NCBI GenBank assembly: GCA_025927765.1
Contig: JAICKU010000009.1
Location: 2,365 to 66,364, forward strand
From: Burkholderiales bacterium
GTDB lineage: Bacteria > Pseudomonadota > Gammaproteobacteria > Burkholderiales > Casimicrobiaceae
DNA: 64,000 nucleotides
Direction of reading: 5' to 3'
Shown: positions 28,642 through 37,949 of the stretch, piece after piece
How positions within the stretch are numbered: position 1 is the stretch's first letter
How the letters are laid out: every line of letters begins with the position of its first letter
Notes under the pieces: generated by a model
Databases searched by the model: none
The model's input: only the letters and a program-made list of their open reading frames with translations
What the model was told of the DNA's origin: nothing
Position numbers and translations under genes: made by a program

Positions 28642-28848
28642 GGCGATGAGGGTGTTCGCATCGGACAGGTGATTCTAACCGTGCGCCCGGCCTTGCGTGA
28701 ATCGCATGGCGGCCACCGATGCATCATCGGGTTGACGCCGTTCAAGCATCGACGTTAGCATGGGCGACCAGTGCTGTAACTGGTCAGGCCAGAACGCACC
28801 GGCGACGTTCGGACTCATCAATGGGCATTCATCCCACCGGAGGAAGTC

Positions 28849-30861
28849 ATGACGATCCAACACACGAGGGGCCGGAATGCAGTTGCCGGCGCTGTCACAC
28901 TCAGCCTTGCAACTGCGCTCTGGCAGCTCACTGGAGCTGCCCCCGCCATCGCGGCACCCCCGGATGGGTCGCAGTCCGGCGGCAAGGTTCATCAGGTCGA
29001 GGCACGCGTCAAGCCGATTCTCAGGATCGGGCAGCTGCAGTTTCGCGACCTGAACGCCAACGGCAAGCTCGACGCGTACGAGGACTGGCGAAAGCCGGTC
29101 GACCAGCGCGTCGCAGACCTCCTCTCGCAAATGACGCTCGAGGAGAAGGCCGGGATGATGCAGATCACGTCGTTCAGCGCAGCGACGGCCGGTGCCTTCA
29201 TCAACGACCGCCACATCGTCCATCTGATTCTGCGCGACAGCGTTTCCGGGCGCGCCCTCGCTCTGCGGAACAATCAGTTTCAGCAGATTGCGGAAGCGAC
29301 GCGCCTTGGCATCCCGCTCGTGTTCGCTGCCAATCCGCGCGACCACATCAGCGACACGGTCGTCTTTGCAGAAATCGACGCGACGGGGCAGTGGCCCGGG
29401 ACGCTGGGGTTGTCGGCGACGAACGACCTCGAGCTGGTGCACGCGTTCGCCGACACGATCCGCGGGCAGTGGGTCGCGCAGGGCATTCGGAAGATGTATG
29501 GCTATCAGGTGGACGTCGCCTCCGAGCCGCGATGGAATCGCGTGCAGACGACCTTCGGCGAAGGACCCTGGTGGAGTGCCGCCGTGACGCGGGAGATCGT
29601 CCTCGGATTGCAGGGCCGGCACGTGAGCCCGGATTCCGTGGCGGAGACGATCAAGCACTTCCCCGGTGACGGTGCAGTATGGCGCGGCCTCGATCCGCAC
29701 AACGCCGCGGGTCAGTACGCCGCGTATCCGACGGCAGGAAGCCTGTTCCACTACCAGCTTCCGCCGTTCCAGGCCGCGGTGGATGCCGGCACGAGCGCGA
29801 TCATGTCGTACTACAACAGTCAGATCAATGCGCTCGATGCCGTGCAGCTGCCCTCGTCATGGTGGCAGTCGCCCACGCAGCAGTTCGAAGAAGTCGGCGC
29901 GGCCTTCAACAAGACGATCCTGACGACGCTGCTCCGGGACACGATGGGCTTCACCGGATACGTCAACACCGATTCCGGTGTCCTCGGCAACACGGGCTGG
30001 GGCGTGCAGAACCTGACGACGGCGCAGCGGTTCGCCAAGGGCGTCAGGGCCGGCGCGAGCATCTTCTCGGACAACAACGATCCGTCACAGCTGATCGTCG
30101 CGGTCAATAGCGGGCTGCTCGCGGAGGCGGAGCTCGATCGGCACGTCTCGCGGCTGCTCGAAGAAATGTTCAACCTCGGACTGTTCGAGCAACCGTACGT
30201 CGATCCGGACGCGGCGCAGGCCAGCATCGAATCGCCAAGCGCCCTGCAGCTTCAATACCAGGCGAACCTGGAATCGATCGTGCTGCTGCGCAACGAAACG
30301 CGCCTGCTGCCTCTGCGCGCCGGCAAGAAGGTGTACGCCGAAGTCTTCGCGCCCGGCGATCGAGCGGCGGCGCAAACGGCGGCGCTGAGAGCGTTGCTTG
30401 CGACAGATCCTGCCGTCACCGTCGTCGATAGCGTCGATCAAGCCGACGTTGCGCTCGTTTGGCTGCGTCCGACTGTGTTCCAGCGGCCGCAGCAGGACTA
30501 CAACGAAATCGCGCTCGGGTCCGACACTGGCGTCGACGTCGCGAAGGTGCAGGCGATCGAGGCCGCGAAGCCGACGATCCTCGTCGTCAACGCGGTCAAC
30601 CCGTGGGTGATCAACGCGGTCGAGCCGAATGCGGCCGCGGTCGTTGCGACGTTCGACGTCAAGGCCGCGGCGCTGCTCGACGTCCTGCTGGGCCGTTACA
30701 ACCCGAGCGGCAAGCTACCCCTCAGCTTCCCCGCCGATCAGGCTGCCGTCGACAACAACGCCCCCGACGTGCCGGGGTACCTCGAGTCTTTCGATTACGG
30801 GTACACGAACAAGGTCGGCGACAAGTACCTCTTCGGCTTCGGCTTGAGTTACGGAAAGTAA
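28849..30861 (+). CDS. Secreted glycoside hydrolase family 3 (beta-glucosidase/BglX-like)
   Basis: 670 aa with a signal peptide ending AIAAPPDG. GH3 blocks: LTLEEKAGMMQ, IKHFPGDG, and GFTGYVNTDSGV (nucleophile Asp region). Confidence 0.88.
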   Translation: MTIQHTRGRNAVAGAVTLSLATALWQLTGAAPAIAAPPDGSQSGGKVHQVEARVKPILRIGQLQFRDLNANGKLDAYEDWRKPVDQRVADLLSQMTLEEKAGMMQITSFSAATAGAFINDRHIVHLILRDSVSGRALALRNNQFQQIAEATRLGIPLVFAANPRDHISDTVVFAEIDATGQWPGTLGLSATNDLELVHAFADTIRGQWVAQGIRKMYGYQVDVASEPRWNRVQTTFGEGPWWSAAVTREIVLGLQGRHVSPDSVAETIKHFPGDGAVWRGLDPHNAAGQYAAYPTAGSLFHYQLPPFQAAVDAGTSAIMSYYNSQINALDAVQLPSSWWQSPTQQFEEVGAAFNKTILTTLLRDTMGFTGYVNTDSGVLGNTGWGVQNLTTAQRFAKGVRAGASIFSDNNDPSQLIVAVNSGLLAEAELDRHVSRLLEEMFNLGLFEQPYVDPDAAQASIESPSALQLQYQANLESIVLLRNETRLLPLRAGKKVYAEVFAPGDRAAAQTAALRALLATDPAVTVVDSVDQADVALVWLRPTVFQRPQQDYNEIALGSDTGVDVAKVQAIEAAKPTILVVNAVNPWVINAVEPNAAAVVATFDVKAAALLDVLLGRYNPSGKLPLSFPADQAAVDNNAPDVPGYLESFDYGYTNKVGDKYLFGFGLSYGK

Positions 30862-30877
30862 TCCCGCGCTGCACTAA

Positions 30878-30909
30878 GGAAGGGCACCGGTCAGCGACGA
30901 TGCCCTTCC
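30878..30909. terminator. Hairpin between convergent GH3 and kdpE-like genes
   Basis: 9-bp arms GGAAGGGCA (30878-30886) and TGCCCTTCC (30901-30909) with a 14-nt loop. No U-tract. Confidence 0.35.
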
Positions 30910-31018
30910 CGGGTAGAACGCCCGCAACGCCTTGCCCGTGGTCCTGTCGCGACGGCATTCACCGCAAGCGAGTCGAGCTTCATTCGTGAAGTCTCCGTGA
31001 ACCGAACGCCGCGCCGCA

Positions 31019-31708
31019 TCACTCGTCCGCCAACAGCCGGTAGCCGACGCCCGTTTCCGTGATGAGGTAGCGCGGCCTGACGGGATCGGCCTCGAGCTTG
31101 TCGCGCAGTTGCTTCGTGTAGATGCGCAGGTAGTGCGTATCCTTCGCATGCGTCGGTCCCCACACTTCCGACAGCAGCTCGCGATGCGTGACCACGAGGC
31201 CGAGATGGCACGCGAGCGTGGCGAGCAGGCGGAACTCGATCGGCGTCAAATGCAGCGGCTCGCGGCCGCGCGCCGCCATTCGGCGATCGAGGTCGATCAC
31301 GGCGTCACCGAGCCGCAGCAGGTTGCCGCCGCCGCGCAGGCGCGCACGCTGTCGCAGAGCTGCGCGCACGCGCGCGAGCAGCTCGCCGACGCCGAACGGC
31401 TTGGTGATGTAATCGTTCGCGCCGGCATCGAGCGCTTCGATCTTCGTGCGTTCGTGCGCCCGCGCGGACAGCACGATCACCGGCATGGACGACCATTCGC
31501 GTATTCGGCGGATCACGTCGATGCCGTCGACGTCGGGCAGGCCGAGATCCACGATCGCGAGATCGGGCTTGTGGGAGCCCGCGTCGATCACGCCGCGTCT
31601 GCCGTTGGCCGATTCCACGACGCGATAACCCTCCGCGTCGAAGCTCGCGCGCAGGAATCGCCGGATCTCGGGCTCGTCTTCGACGACGAGGACGGTCGCA
31701 GACGTCAT
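31019..31708 (-). CDS. kdpE: OmpR-family response regulator, KdpE-like
   Basis: Real start MTSATVLVVEDEPEIRRFLRASF (229 aa, by arithmetic inside ORF 31019-33034). It is collinear with E. coli KdpE through to the C-terminal THYLRIYTKQLRDKLEADPVRPRYLITETGVGYR. Confidence 0.85.
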   Translation of the reverse strand: MTSATVLVVEDEPEIRRFLRASFDAEGYRVVESANGRRGVIDAGSHKPDLAIVDLGLPDVDGIDVIRRIREWSSMPVIVLSARAHERTKIEALDAGANDYITKPFGVGELLARVRAALRQRARLRGGGNLLRLGDAVIDLDRRMAARGREPLHLTPIEFRLLATLACHLGLVVTHRELLSEVWGPTHAKDTHYLRIYTKQLRDKLEADPVRPRYLITETGVGYRLLADE

Positions 31709-32793
31709 GTCGGTTGCGGCAACGGTTCCTCGGGCCACGCCGGCATGGCCTCGAGCGGCAGCGTGAAGCGAAATGCCGTGCCGCCCCCCGGCGCCCGTTC
31801 GGCCCAGGCATGGCCGCCGTGCAGTCGAACGATCGCGCGGCAAATGGCCAGCCCGAGCCCGATATCGGTGCCGCTCCCCTCGACGCTGCCGCGATGGAAT
31901 TTCGCGAAAAGCTGCTCGAGCTCGGCGTCGGACAGGCCCGCCGCGTAGTCTTCGACCGTGACCATCACGTCGCCTTCGCGTCGTTGCGCACGTACGCGCA
32001 CCACCGTACCGGCCGGCGTGTGCCTGGCGCAGTTTTCGAGAAGGTTGGAAAGCGCCTGCTCGACGAGCGACGCGTCGACGCGAACGAGGGGCAGATCGTC
32101 GGGCAGCTCGACGATCACGCGATGTGCGGCGAGGCGCGCCTGCAGCCGCGCGAGGACGCTCGACACGACTTCCGGCAGCGCCGTCCAATCGCGCGACAGC
32201 TCGATCGCCCCGGCCTCGAGGCGCGTCATCTCGAGCACTTTCGCGACATGCTCCGACATCTCGCGCGCCTGGTCGAACACGCTTTGCGCGAGCGCACGGC
32301 GCTCGTCTGCCGTCAGGCGCTCGCCGCGCTCCGCCAGGCTCGACGATGCGCCGGCCATCACCGCGAGCGGCGTGCGCAGGTCGTGCGATATCGAGGCCAG
32401 CAGCGCGCTGCGGATGCGTTCGGTTTCGGCCGCGATCTCCAGGCGAGCCTGTGCCTCGGCCTGCCTTCGCATGCGCTCCACGAGACGCGAAATCACGAGC
32501 GCAATGGCGACCGTGATGGCGAACGTGAGCAGGTACTGCACGTCGTCGACCGTGAAGCGTCCGCGCGGGGGCACGAACAGCCAGTCGAACGCCGCGACCG
32601 AAAGAATGGCAGCCGCGATCGCCGGCCCGAGCGTGAACCACAGCGCAACGATCACGACGGCGAGCAGGTACACCATCGCGACGTTGACGAGGTCGAAGCG
32701 CGGGCGCATGGCGAGGCCCGCGAGCGTGCACGCGAGCGTGCCGACCAGGGCAGCAACGTACCCCACCCACGCGCGGTTCGCATCCATCGCCAT
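31705..32793 (-). CDS. Truncated-architecture KdpD-like sensor histidine kinase (DUF4118 TM domain + HisKA + HATPase only)
   Basis: 362 aa. The TM block VNVAMVYLLAVVIVALWF...AAFDWLFVPPRGRFTVDDVQYLLTFAI matches the KdpD membrane region. H-box SISHDLRTPL, N-box NLLENCARHT, G-box GLGLAICRAIVRLHGG. The N-terminal KdpD/Usp domains and the linker domain are absent. 4-nt overlap with the kdpE-like gene. Confidence 0.8.
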   Translation of the reverse strand: MAMDANRAWVGYVAALVGTLACTLAGLAMRPRFDLVNVAMVYLLAVVIVALWFTLGPAIAAAILSVAAFDWLFVPPRGRFTVDDVQYLLTFAITVAIALVISRLVERMRRQAEAQARLEIAAETERIRSALLASISHDLRTPLAVMAGASSSLAERGERLTADERRALAQSVFDQAREMSEHVAKVLEMTRLEAGAIELSRDWTALPEVVSSVLARLQARLAAHRVIVELPDDLPLVRVDASLVEQALSNLLENCARHTPAGTVVRVRAQRREGDVMVTVEDYAAGLSDAELEQLFAKFHRGSVEGSGTDIGLGLAICRAIVRLHGGHAWAERAPGGGTAFRFTLPLEAMPAWPEEPLPQPT

Positions 32794-32878
32794 ACTTTAG
32801 CGCGGCAGCCGTCAATTTTCCGTAAAGATCGCGAGCCGGCCGCATCACGACGGCGGCCTCGCGTGTAGCCTCGATGTC

Positions 32879-34792
32879 ATGGACATTGCCGCACCAGCCG
32901 GTCGCACATCTCCTGCGAAAGTCGTCCCGCGTCCCGCGACGCCCACGCTCGCGCTGCTGGCGCTCGGCGTCGTGTATGGGGACATCGGCACCAGCCCGCT
33001 CTATGCCGCGAAGGAGACGTTCGATCCTGCGCACGGCATTCCGCTCACCGTAGACAATGTGATCGGCGGCGCCTCCGCGATCTTCTGGGCGCTCGCGATC
33101 ATCGTGTCACTCAAATACGTGACGCTCGTGCTCCGCGCAGACAATCGTGGCGAGGGCGGCATCATGGCGCTGCTTGCCCTCGCGGCGTCGTCGGTGCGCG
33201 AACGACCGAGGCTTCGCAATGCGTTGCTCGTCATCGGCGTGTTCGGCGCGTCGCTCTTTTACGGCGATGCCGTGCTCACGCCGGCGATCTCGGTGCTCTC
33301 CGCTGTCGAAGGAATCGCGGTAGGCGAGCCTTCGCTCGCACCGTACGCGGTACCGGTTTCGGTCGCGATCCTGCTTGCGCTGTTCGCGATCCAGCGCTTG
33401 GGCACCGGTGCGGTCGGGGCGCTGTTCGGGCCCGTCTGCGCGCTGTGGTTCGTCGCGATCGGCATCTCGGGCGCGTGGCACATCGCCCGGGCGCCGGCGA
33501 TCCTCGCGGCTGTCAACCCGCTGCATGCCGTCGGCTTCGTCACGGGGCACGGTGCGGCGTCGTTTTTCGTGCTGGGGTCGGTGCTCCTCGCGGTCACCGG
33601 CGCCGAAGCGCTCTACGCGGACATGGGCCATTTTGGCGCCCGAGCGATCCGACTGGCATGGTTCGGCGTAGCCGCGCCGGCGCTCGTGCTCAACTACTTC
33701 GGCCAGGGCGCGTTGCTCATCACGAATCCGGCGGCGATCGACAATCCGTTCTATCGCACCTTCCCGGAAGCGCTGCTGTACCCGATGATCGTGCTCGCGA
33801 CCATGGCCACGGTCATCGCTTCGCAGGCGACGATCTCCGGCGCGTATTCGATGACACGTCAGGCGATGCAGCTCGGCTACCTGCCACGCCTCGCGATCCG
33901 GCATACGTCGGCCAGCGTGTTCGGACAGATCTACGTGCCGGCGATCAACTGGCTCCTGCTGCTGGCCGTGGTCGCGGCCGTCGCCGGTTTCGGCAGCTCG
34001 TCGCGGCTTGCCTCGGCGTACGGCGTCGCGGTGATGGGCACGATGCTCGTCACGACATGCCTCACGTTCTTCGTCGTCCACTTCGATTGGCGCTACCCGC
34101 TCGCCGTCACGACGATGGCGACGGCATTCTTCCTCGCCATCGACGGCGTGTTCTTCGCCGCAGCCGCGCACAAGGTCGCGGACGGCGGCTGGTTTCCCCT
34201 CGCAATCGCGGCGGTCGTTTTCTTCGTGATGACGACATGGCGGCGCGGGCGGGAACGCCTGCGTGATCGTCTTCGCGTCGGCTCGCCGCCGCTCGTCGGC
34301 TTTCTCGAGGCGCTGCTGCGCGAGCCGCTGACGCGCGTCGAAGGCGCCGCCGTGTTCCTGACGTCCACACCCAACGCTACGCCGAACGCGTTGCTGCACA
34401 GCCTCAAGCACTACAAGGTGCTGCACGAGCAGAACGCGTTCCTCACCATCGAGTTCGCCGAGGTCCCGTGGGTCGATGGAACGGAACGCGTGAACTGCGA
34501 GCCGGTCGCGAAGGACTGCTGGCGCATCGTCGCGCGCTACGGCTTCCTCGAACGTCCGGACGTCGCGGAAGTGCTGGAAGCGTGCGCGCCCTGCGGCCTC
34601 GACATCGACCCGATGAACGTCACGTACTTCCTGTCGCGCGAAAAGATCGTGCCCGGCACGAGCGATCGCGGCGTCGGTCGCTGGCGAAATGGGCTCTTCG
34701 CAGCGATGGCGCGCAACGCCGGCAGCCTTTCCGACTACTTCAGCGTACCGATGAATCGCGTCGTCGAGCTCGGCACGCGCGTCGAGCTTTGA
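32879..34792 (+). CDS. kup: Potassium uptake protein Kup (KUP/HAK/KT family)
   Basis: 637 aa. LALLALGVVYGDIGTSPLYAAKETF signature, about 12 TM helices, and a cytoplasmic C-terminal domain. Confidence 0.93.
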   Translation: MDIAAPAGRTSPAKVVPRPATPTLALLALGVVYGDIGTSPLYAAKETFDPAHGIPLTVDNVIGGASAIFWALAIIVSLKYVTLVLRADNRGEGGIMALLALAASSVRERPRLRNALLVIGVFGASLFYGDAVLTPAISVLSAVEGIAVGEPSLAPYAVPVSVAILLALFAIQRLGTGAVGALFGPVCALWFVAIGISGAWHIARAPAILAAVNPLHAVGFVTGHGAASFFVLGSVLLAVTGAEALYADMGHFGARAIRLAWFGVAAPALVLNYFGQGALLITNPAAIDNPFYRTFPEALLYPMIVLATMATVIASQATISGAYSMTRQAMQLGYLPRLAIRHTSASVFGQIYVPAINWLLLLAVVAAVAGFGSSSRLASAYGVAVMGTMLVTTCLTFFVVHFDWRYPLAVTTMATAFFLAIDGVFFAAAAHKVADGGWFPLAIAAVVFFVMTTWRRGRERLRDRLRVGSPPLVGFLEALLREPLTRVEGAAVFLTSTPNATPNALLHSLKHYKVLHEQNAFLTIEFAEVPWVDGTERVNCEPVAKDCWRIVARYGFLERPDVAEVLEACAPCGLDIDPMNVTYFLSREKIVPGTSDRGVGRWRNGLFAAMARNAGSLSDYFSVPMNRVVELGTRVEL

Positions 34793-34836
34793 ACGCGGAT
34801 TTGCCATCGGCCACGGCGACCATTAATCTTTGCGTC

Positions 34837-35175
34837 ATGCCCCGCGGCGTTTCCCGCCATCGCGTCGTTTTGACGGCACTGCTGTCGCTCCTCCTGCTCT
34901 TCCTGCAGCAGGAAAACGTGCGGCACGCGCTCAACCACGTGGGCGCGCAAATCGAGCGCTCGAAACATTCGGCGCTCGAGCTTCCCACCGGGAGCGTCTG
35001 CCTCGAATGCGAATTGCTGGCGGCGGGCACGAGCGCAGCGCCGGCATCGCCGCCACCGGCGTTTGACGACGTTGCAACGTGGATCGACATTGTCGTTCCG
35101 GCGCCGAACGTCACCTTTGGCGCGTCGTCGTCCTACCAAAGCCGCGCGCCGCCGCCACACCTCCAGACCGCTTGA
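34837..35175 (+). CDS. Hypothetical small exported/membrane protein
   Basis: Internal ATG 34837 of ORF 34468-35175 gives MPRGVSRHRVVLTALLSLLLLFLQQENVRHALNHV... (112 aa) with a hydrophobic N-terminus. The upstream part of that ORF overlaps kup out of frame. Confidence 0.5.
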   Translation: MPRGVSRHRVVLTALLSLLLLFLQQENVRHALNHVGAQIERSKHSALELPTGSVCLECELLAAGTSAAPASPPPAFDDVATWIDIVVPAPNVTFGASSSYQSRAPPPHLQTA

Positions 35176-35178
35176 ATC

Positions 35179-35742
35179 GTGCGCCGCTTCGCGCGGCACT
35201 TTCCGGTTCGACCTGGAGGATTCGATTTGCTGCGAAATCCATTCGCGCGCGCCGCATCGGCGTCGGCGCTCGTAGTCGTCCCTGCGGCGGCCCATGGCGC
35301 GATCGATGCGCAACTCTCGCAACGGCGTTACCGAGCATGCCTGCTGGCGATGACGGCGCTGCTCCTGGCGTCGCTCGCAACCGAATGCTTCGGTGCGCGC
35401 TTCGATGCGTTGCTCGGAACGTTCGAGTTGAGGAACGATGACGGATCGTTGATCGAATTGATCAGGATCGAACGACAGCAGCAGAAGTACGTGCTCTACC
35501 GTTCTCGCCGCGGGCAATGGCAGCCGCCGGTCGAAATCGCAGCGATCAGCAAACCCGCGCTGGAAGCGATGATCAACCAGCGCATGGACGTCGAATTCGA
35601 GGGGCTTGGCAACGGCGAGCTTGCAGTGGTCAAGGTGCCGAAGGGATGGAAGGTCGGCTCGTTCACTTGTTACAGCGGGTACTGGCTTGCGACCGTTGCC
35701 GGGCCGGCTGAATTGCAGAAAGTCGAATCAGGCTCCAGGTAG
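35179..35742 (+). CDS. Hypothetical protein with N-terminal hydrophobic segment
   Basis: 187-aa ORF starting 3 nt after the previous gene. Hydrophobic stretch CLLAMTALLLASLATEC. The true start is uncertain and no family was recognised. Confidence 0.5.
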   Translation: MRRFARHFPVRPGGFDLLRNPFARAASASALVVVPAAAHGAIDAQLSQRRYRACLLAMTALLLASLATECFGARFDALLGTFELRNDDGSLIELIRIERQQQKYVLYRSRRGQWQPPVEIAAISKPALEAMINQRMDVEFEGLGNGELAVVKVPKGWKVGSFTCYSGYWLATVAGPAELQKVESGSR

Positions 35743-35897
35743 CCGTAGAGCCAAGCCATCAGCCAAGGCTTGTTCTTTCTCGCTCACGACCTGCCTGCCG
35801 GCCCGCCGAAGCGCGACCGCCTCCCGAATGCGGACGCGCTCCAGTTGCCCGACGCAGCCCGCCTCCGCTATGCTGCCCGCGTGCACGGGGAGGGTGT

Positions 35898-37949
35898 ATG
35901 CACGCATGGACGGTCGACGCAGACGACATCCGGGTGGCTGACGACTTCAACGAGTCCCTGGTTCATCGCACCCCCGAAATCGACGGATTTCTTCGATCGG
36001 ACCGCGACGACAAGTTCGTCATCATAGGCACGAAGGGATTCGGCAAGACGCTCCTGCTCAAAGCCAAGCGCATTCTCTACCAGAGAGAGGGACGCGCCAC
36101 CTGCCTTCCTGCGGGCGCTCTTCTCGACAAGCCTATCGGCGACAAGATCTTCAGTCGCGAGTTGCTGGCCTTCTTCGTCGTATCGCCGCTGCCGTGGTCG
36201 AAAATCTGGCTCACTGCGATTTCGCTTGCGACGCTGAAGCACGTTGGGGCGGTCGCTGATCTACGGGTAGGGCAGGGCCTCCGAAGGTTGATCGACGACG
36301 CGAGCCTGCAGAGCGTGATCGATCATTTCGTCCGCCTGCTCGATTTCACGCCTCGCGAACTGCAGCGGTGCGGCGCGGACACCGATGGTCACCTCGTGCC
36401 GCGTCTGCGCGCCGTCGGTTCGCCGGTGGCACTGTTCATCGACGGCGTCGACGAATATTTCAACAAGCACGTCGAAGGGCTCACCGGCCATCCAAGCATC
36501 ACCGGCGAACTCTCGCCCAATGTGTGGCACTTCGCGCAACTCGGCTTGCTCGAAGTCGCGTATCAGATTCGACGGATCAACCATCACGTCAAGGTATTCG
36601 CCGCCGTGCGCAAGGAGGCGTATGCACGTCTTGCGAAGACCACGGTCATGGCGCAGCAGTATCGCGGCAGCGCGGTCGACATCGCTTATTCGGTTTCGAG
36701 CCTCCGCGAAATTTTCGTCAATAACATCCGGCTCATGAAACGCGACAGGATGGCCGATCCTGAGCGGCTGCGTGGCCATGCCATCGAGGCGTTCGCCGGG
36801 CGAGCGGCGGTCACCGACAGTTACACGCGCGAGCAGGAGGAGGTGTTCGACTACATCTGTCGCCATACCTTGCTGCGGCCGCGCGACTTGATGTCGATCG
36901 GCGAGCGCCTTTCCATATTGCGTCCCGAAGAACGACGCGACGAGATTCGCTTCAAGGAAGCGGTCCACCAGGCGGCCGCCGAAATCGCCCAGGAGTACCT
37001 CGCCGAGATTGCCCCGTTCATCGGCAACCTCGAGGTCGAACGATTCTTTCGCATCCTTCCCGGAAACGTGCTCACGCGCGAAGAGGTGGAGCGGATCTTC
37101 CTGCAGCACAGCATCGCCACGGGCGGCGAGGAGAGGCACATCTTCTGTGCGCTCTACCGCGTGGGCCTGCTTGGCTACGTTCATCAGGATCGCATCCGAG
37201 GCGAGCGGGTCCAGCGTTTCCTGCGACCCGGCGAGGCGACGCTCGAGCCGGTCGGAACGCTCCCTTCGGCACCGTATTACCTGATTCATCCGGTATTGAC
37301 CGACGTGATCGCACGGGCGAACCCGGCCTTTCTCGAGGGGATCGATCGGGTCAACATCGTCGGCTACGCGCGCCGATGGCGCGAAGGGTCGACTGCGACG
37401 GGCACGCCGATCGAATCCCATCGCTTGTGCGTGCTGAAGGGTGATGTACACGGGTTTGGCAGCCTGATGCATGCGAGGGCGGAAATGCCCGTGCGCCAGG
37501 CGCTGGAGTACGCGGTGAAGCAGTGGGCGCGCGATGCTGTCGTCGCGGAAACCGGCGCCGGCGATTCCGTGTTGATCGTTCACGACGATCCGGTGCTGCT
37601 CGCACAAGCCGCGCGACACATCATGGACGACGTCTACCAGGCAACGGGGCAACCGCGCCTGCGCATGGCACTGCACTACGGAGAGGTCCAGGTTTCACCG
37701 GGCACCGGCAGCGAGCCGCCGTCGATCTGTGGGGGAACCGCCATTCTTGGCGCCACGCGCATCGAGCCCCACGTCGCGCCCGGGCAGATCTGGGCGACGG
37801 AGGAATTCCGGCAGGTACTCGTGGCGCGGCCGTCCTTGTGGCGCATGACGCAAATCACATCTCCCGACGGCGCCGATCGCTTCAACGTGAAAAAGGAAGG
37901 CAGGTTGGAACCCGACCTTTGGGTATGCCTGTACCGGCTCGAGTTCTAG
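35898..37949 (+). CDS. P-loop NTPase (NACHT/STAND-like Walker B) fused to a C-terminal class III nucleotidyl-cyclase homology domain
   Basis: 683 aa with RBS GGGGAGGG. Walker A GTKGFGKT (aa 44-51) and Walker B VALFIDGVDE (aa 177-186). Cyclase-type motifs in order at aa ~509-640: CVLKGDVHGFGSL, ETGAGDSVLIV, LRMALHYGEV, GGTAILGATRIEPHVAPGQIWATEEF. Confidence 0.7.
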   Translation: MHAWTVDADDIRVADDFNESLVHRTPEIDGFLRSDRDDKFVIIGTKGFGKTLLLKAKRILYQREGRATCLPAGALLDKPIGDKIFSRELLAFFVVSPLPWSKIWLTAISLATLKHVGAVADLRVGQGLRRLIDDASLQSVIDHFVRLLDFTPRELQRCGADTDGHLVPRLRAVGSPVALFIDGVDEYFNKHVEGLTGHPSITGELSPNVWHFAQLGLLEVAYQIRRINHHVKVFAAVRKEAYARLAKTTVMAQQYRGSAVDIAYSVSSLREIFVNNIRLMKRDRMADPERLRGHAIEAFAGRAAVTDSYTREQEEVFDYICRHTLLRPRDLMSIGERLSILRPEERRDEIRFKEAVHQAAAEIAQEYLAEIAPFIGNLEVERFFRILPGNVLTREEVERIFLQHSIATGGEERHIFCALYRVGLLGYVHQDRIRGERVQRFLRPGEATLEPVGTLPSAPYYLIHPVLTDVIARANPAFLEGIDRVNIVGYARRWREGSTATGTPIESHRLCVLKGDVHGFGSLMHARAEMPVRQALEYAVKQWARDAVVAETGAGDSVLIVHDDPVLLAQAARHIMDDVYQATGQPRLRMALHYGEVQVSPGTGSEPPSICGGTAILGATRIEPHVAPGQIWATEEFRQVLVARPSLWRMTQITSPDGADRFNVKKEGRLEPDLWVCLYRLEF

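Noticed and set aside
35898-37949. Considered calling the C-terminal domain of the 683-aa protein a GGDEF diguanylate cyclase.
   Set aside because: There is no GG[DE]EF signature. The motif order GDxxGF ... GD[AGS] ... R-h-G-h-H-x-G ... A-x-R fits class III cyclases instead. A profile search is still needed.
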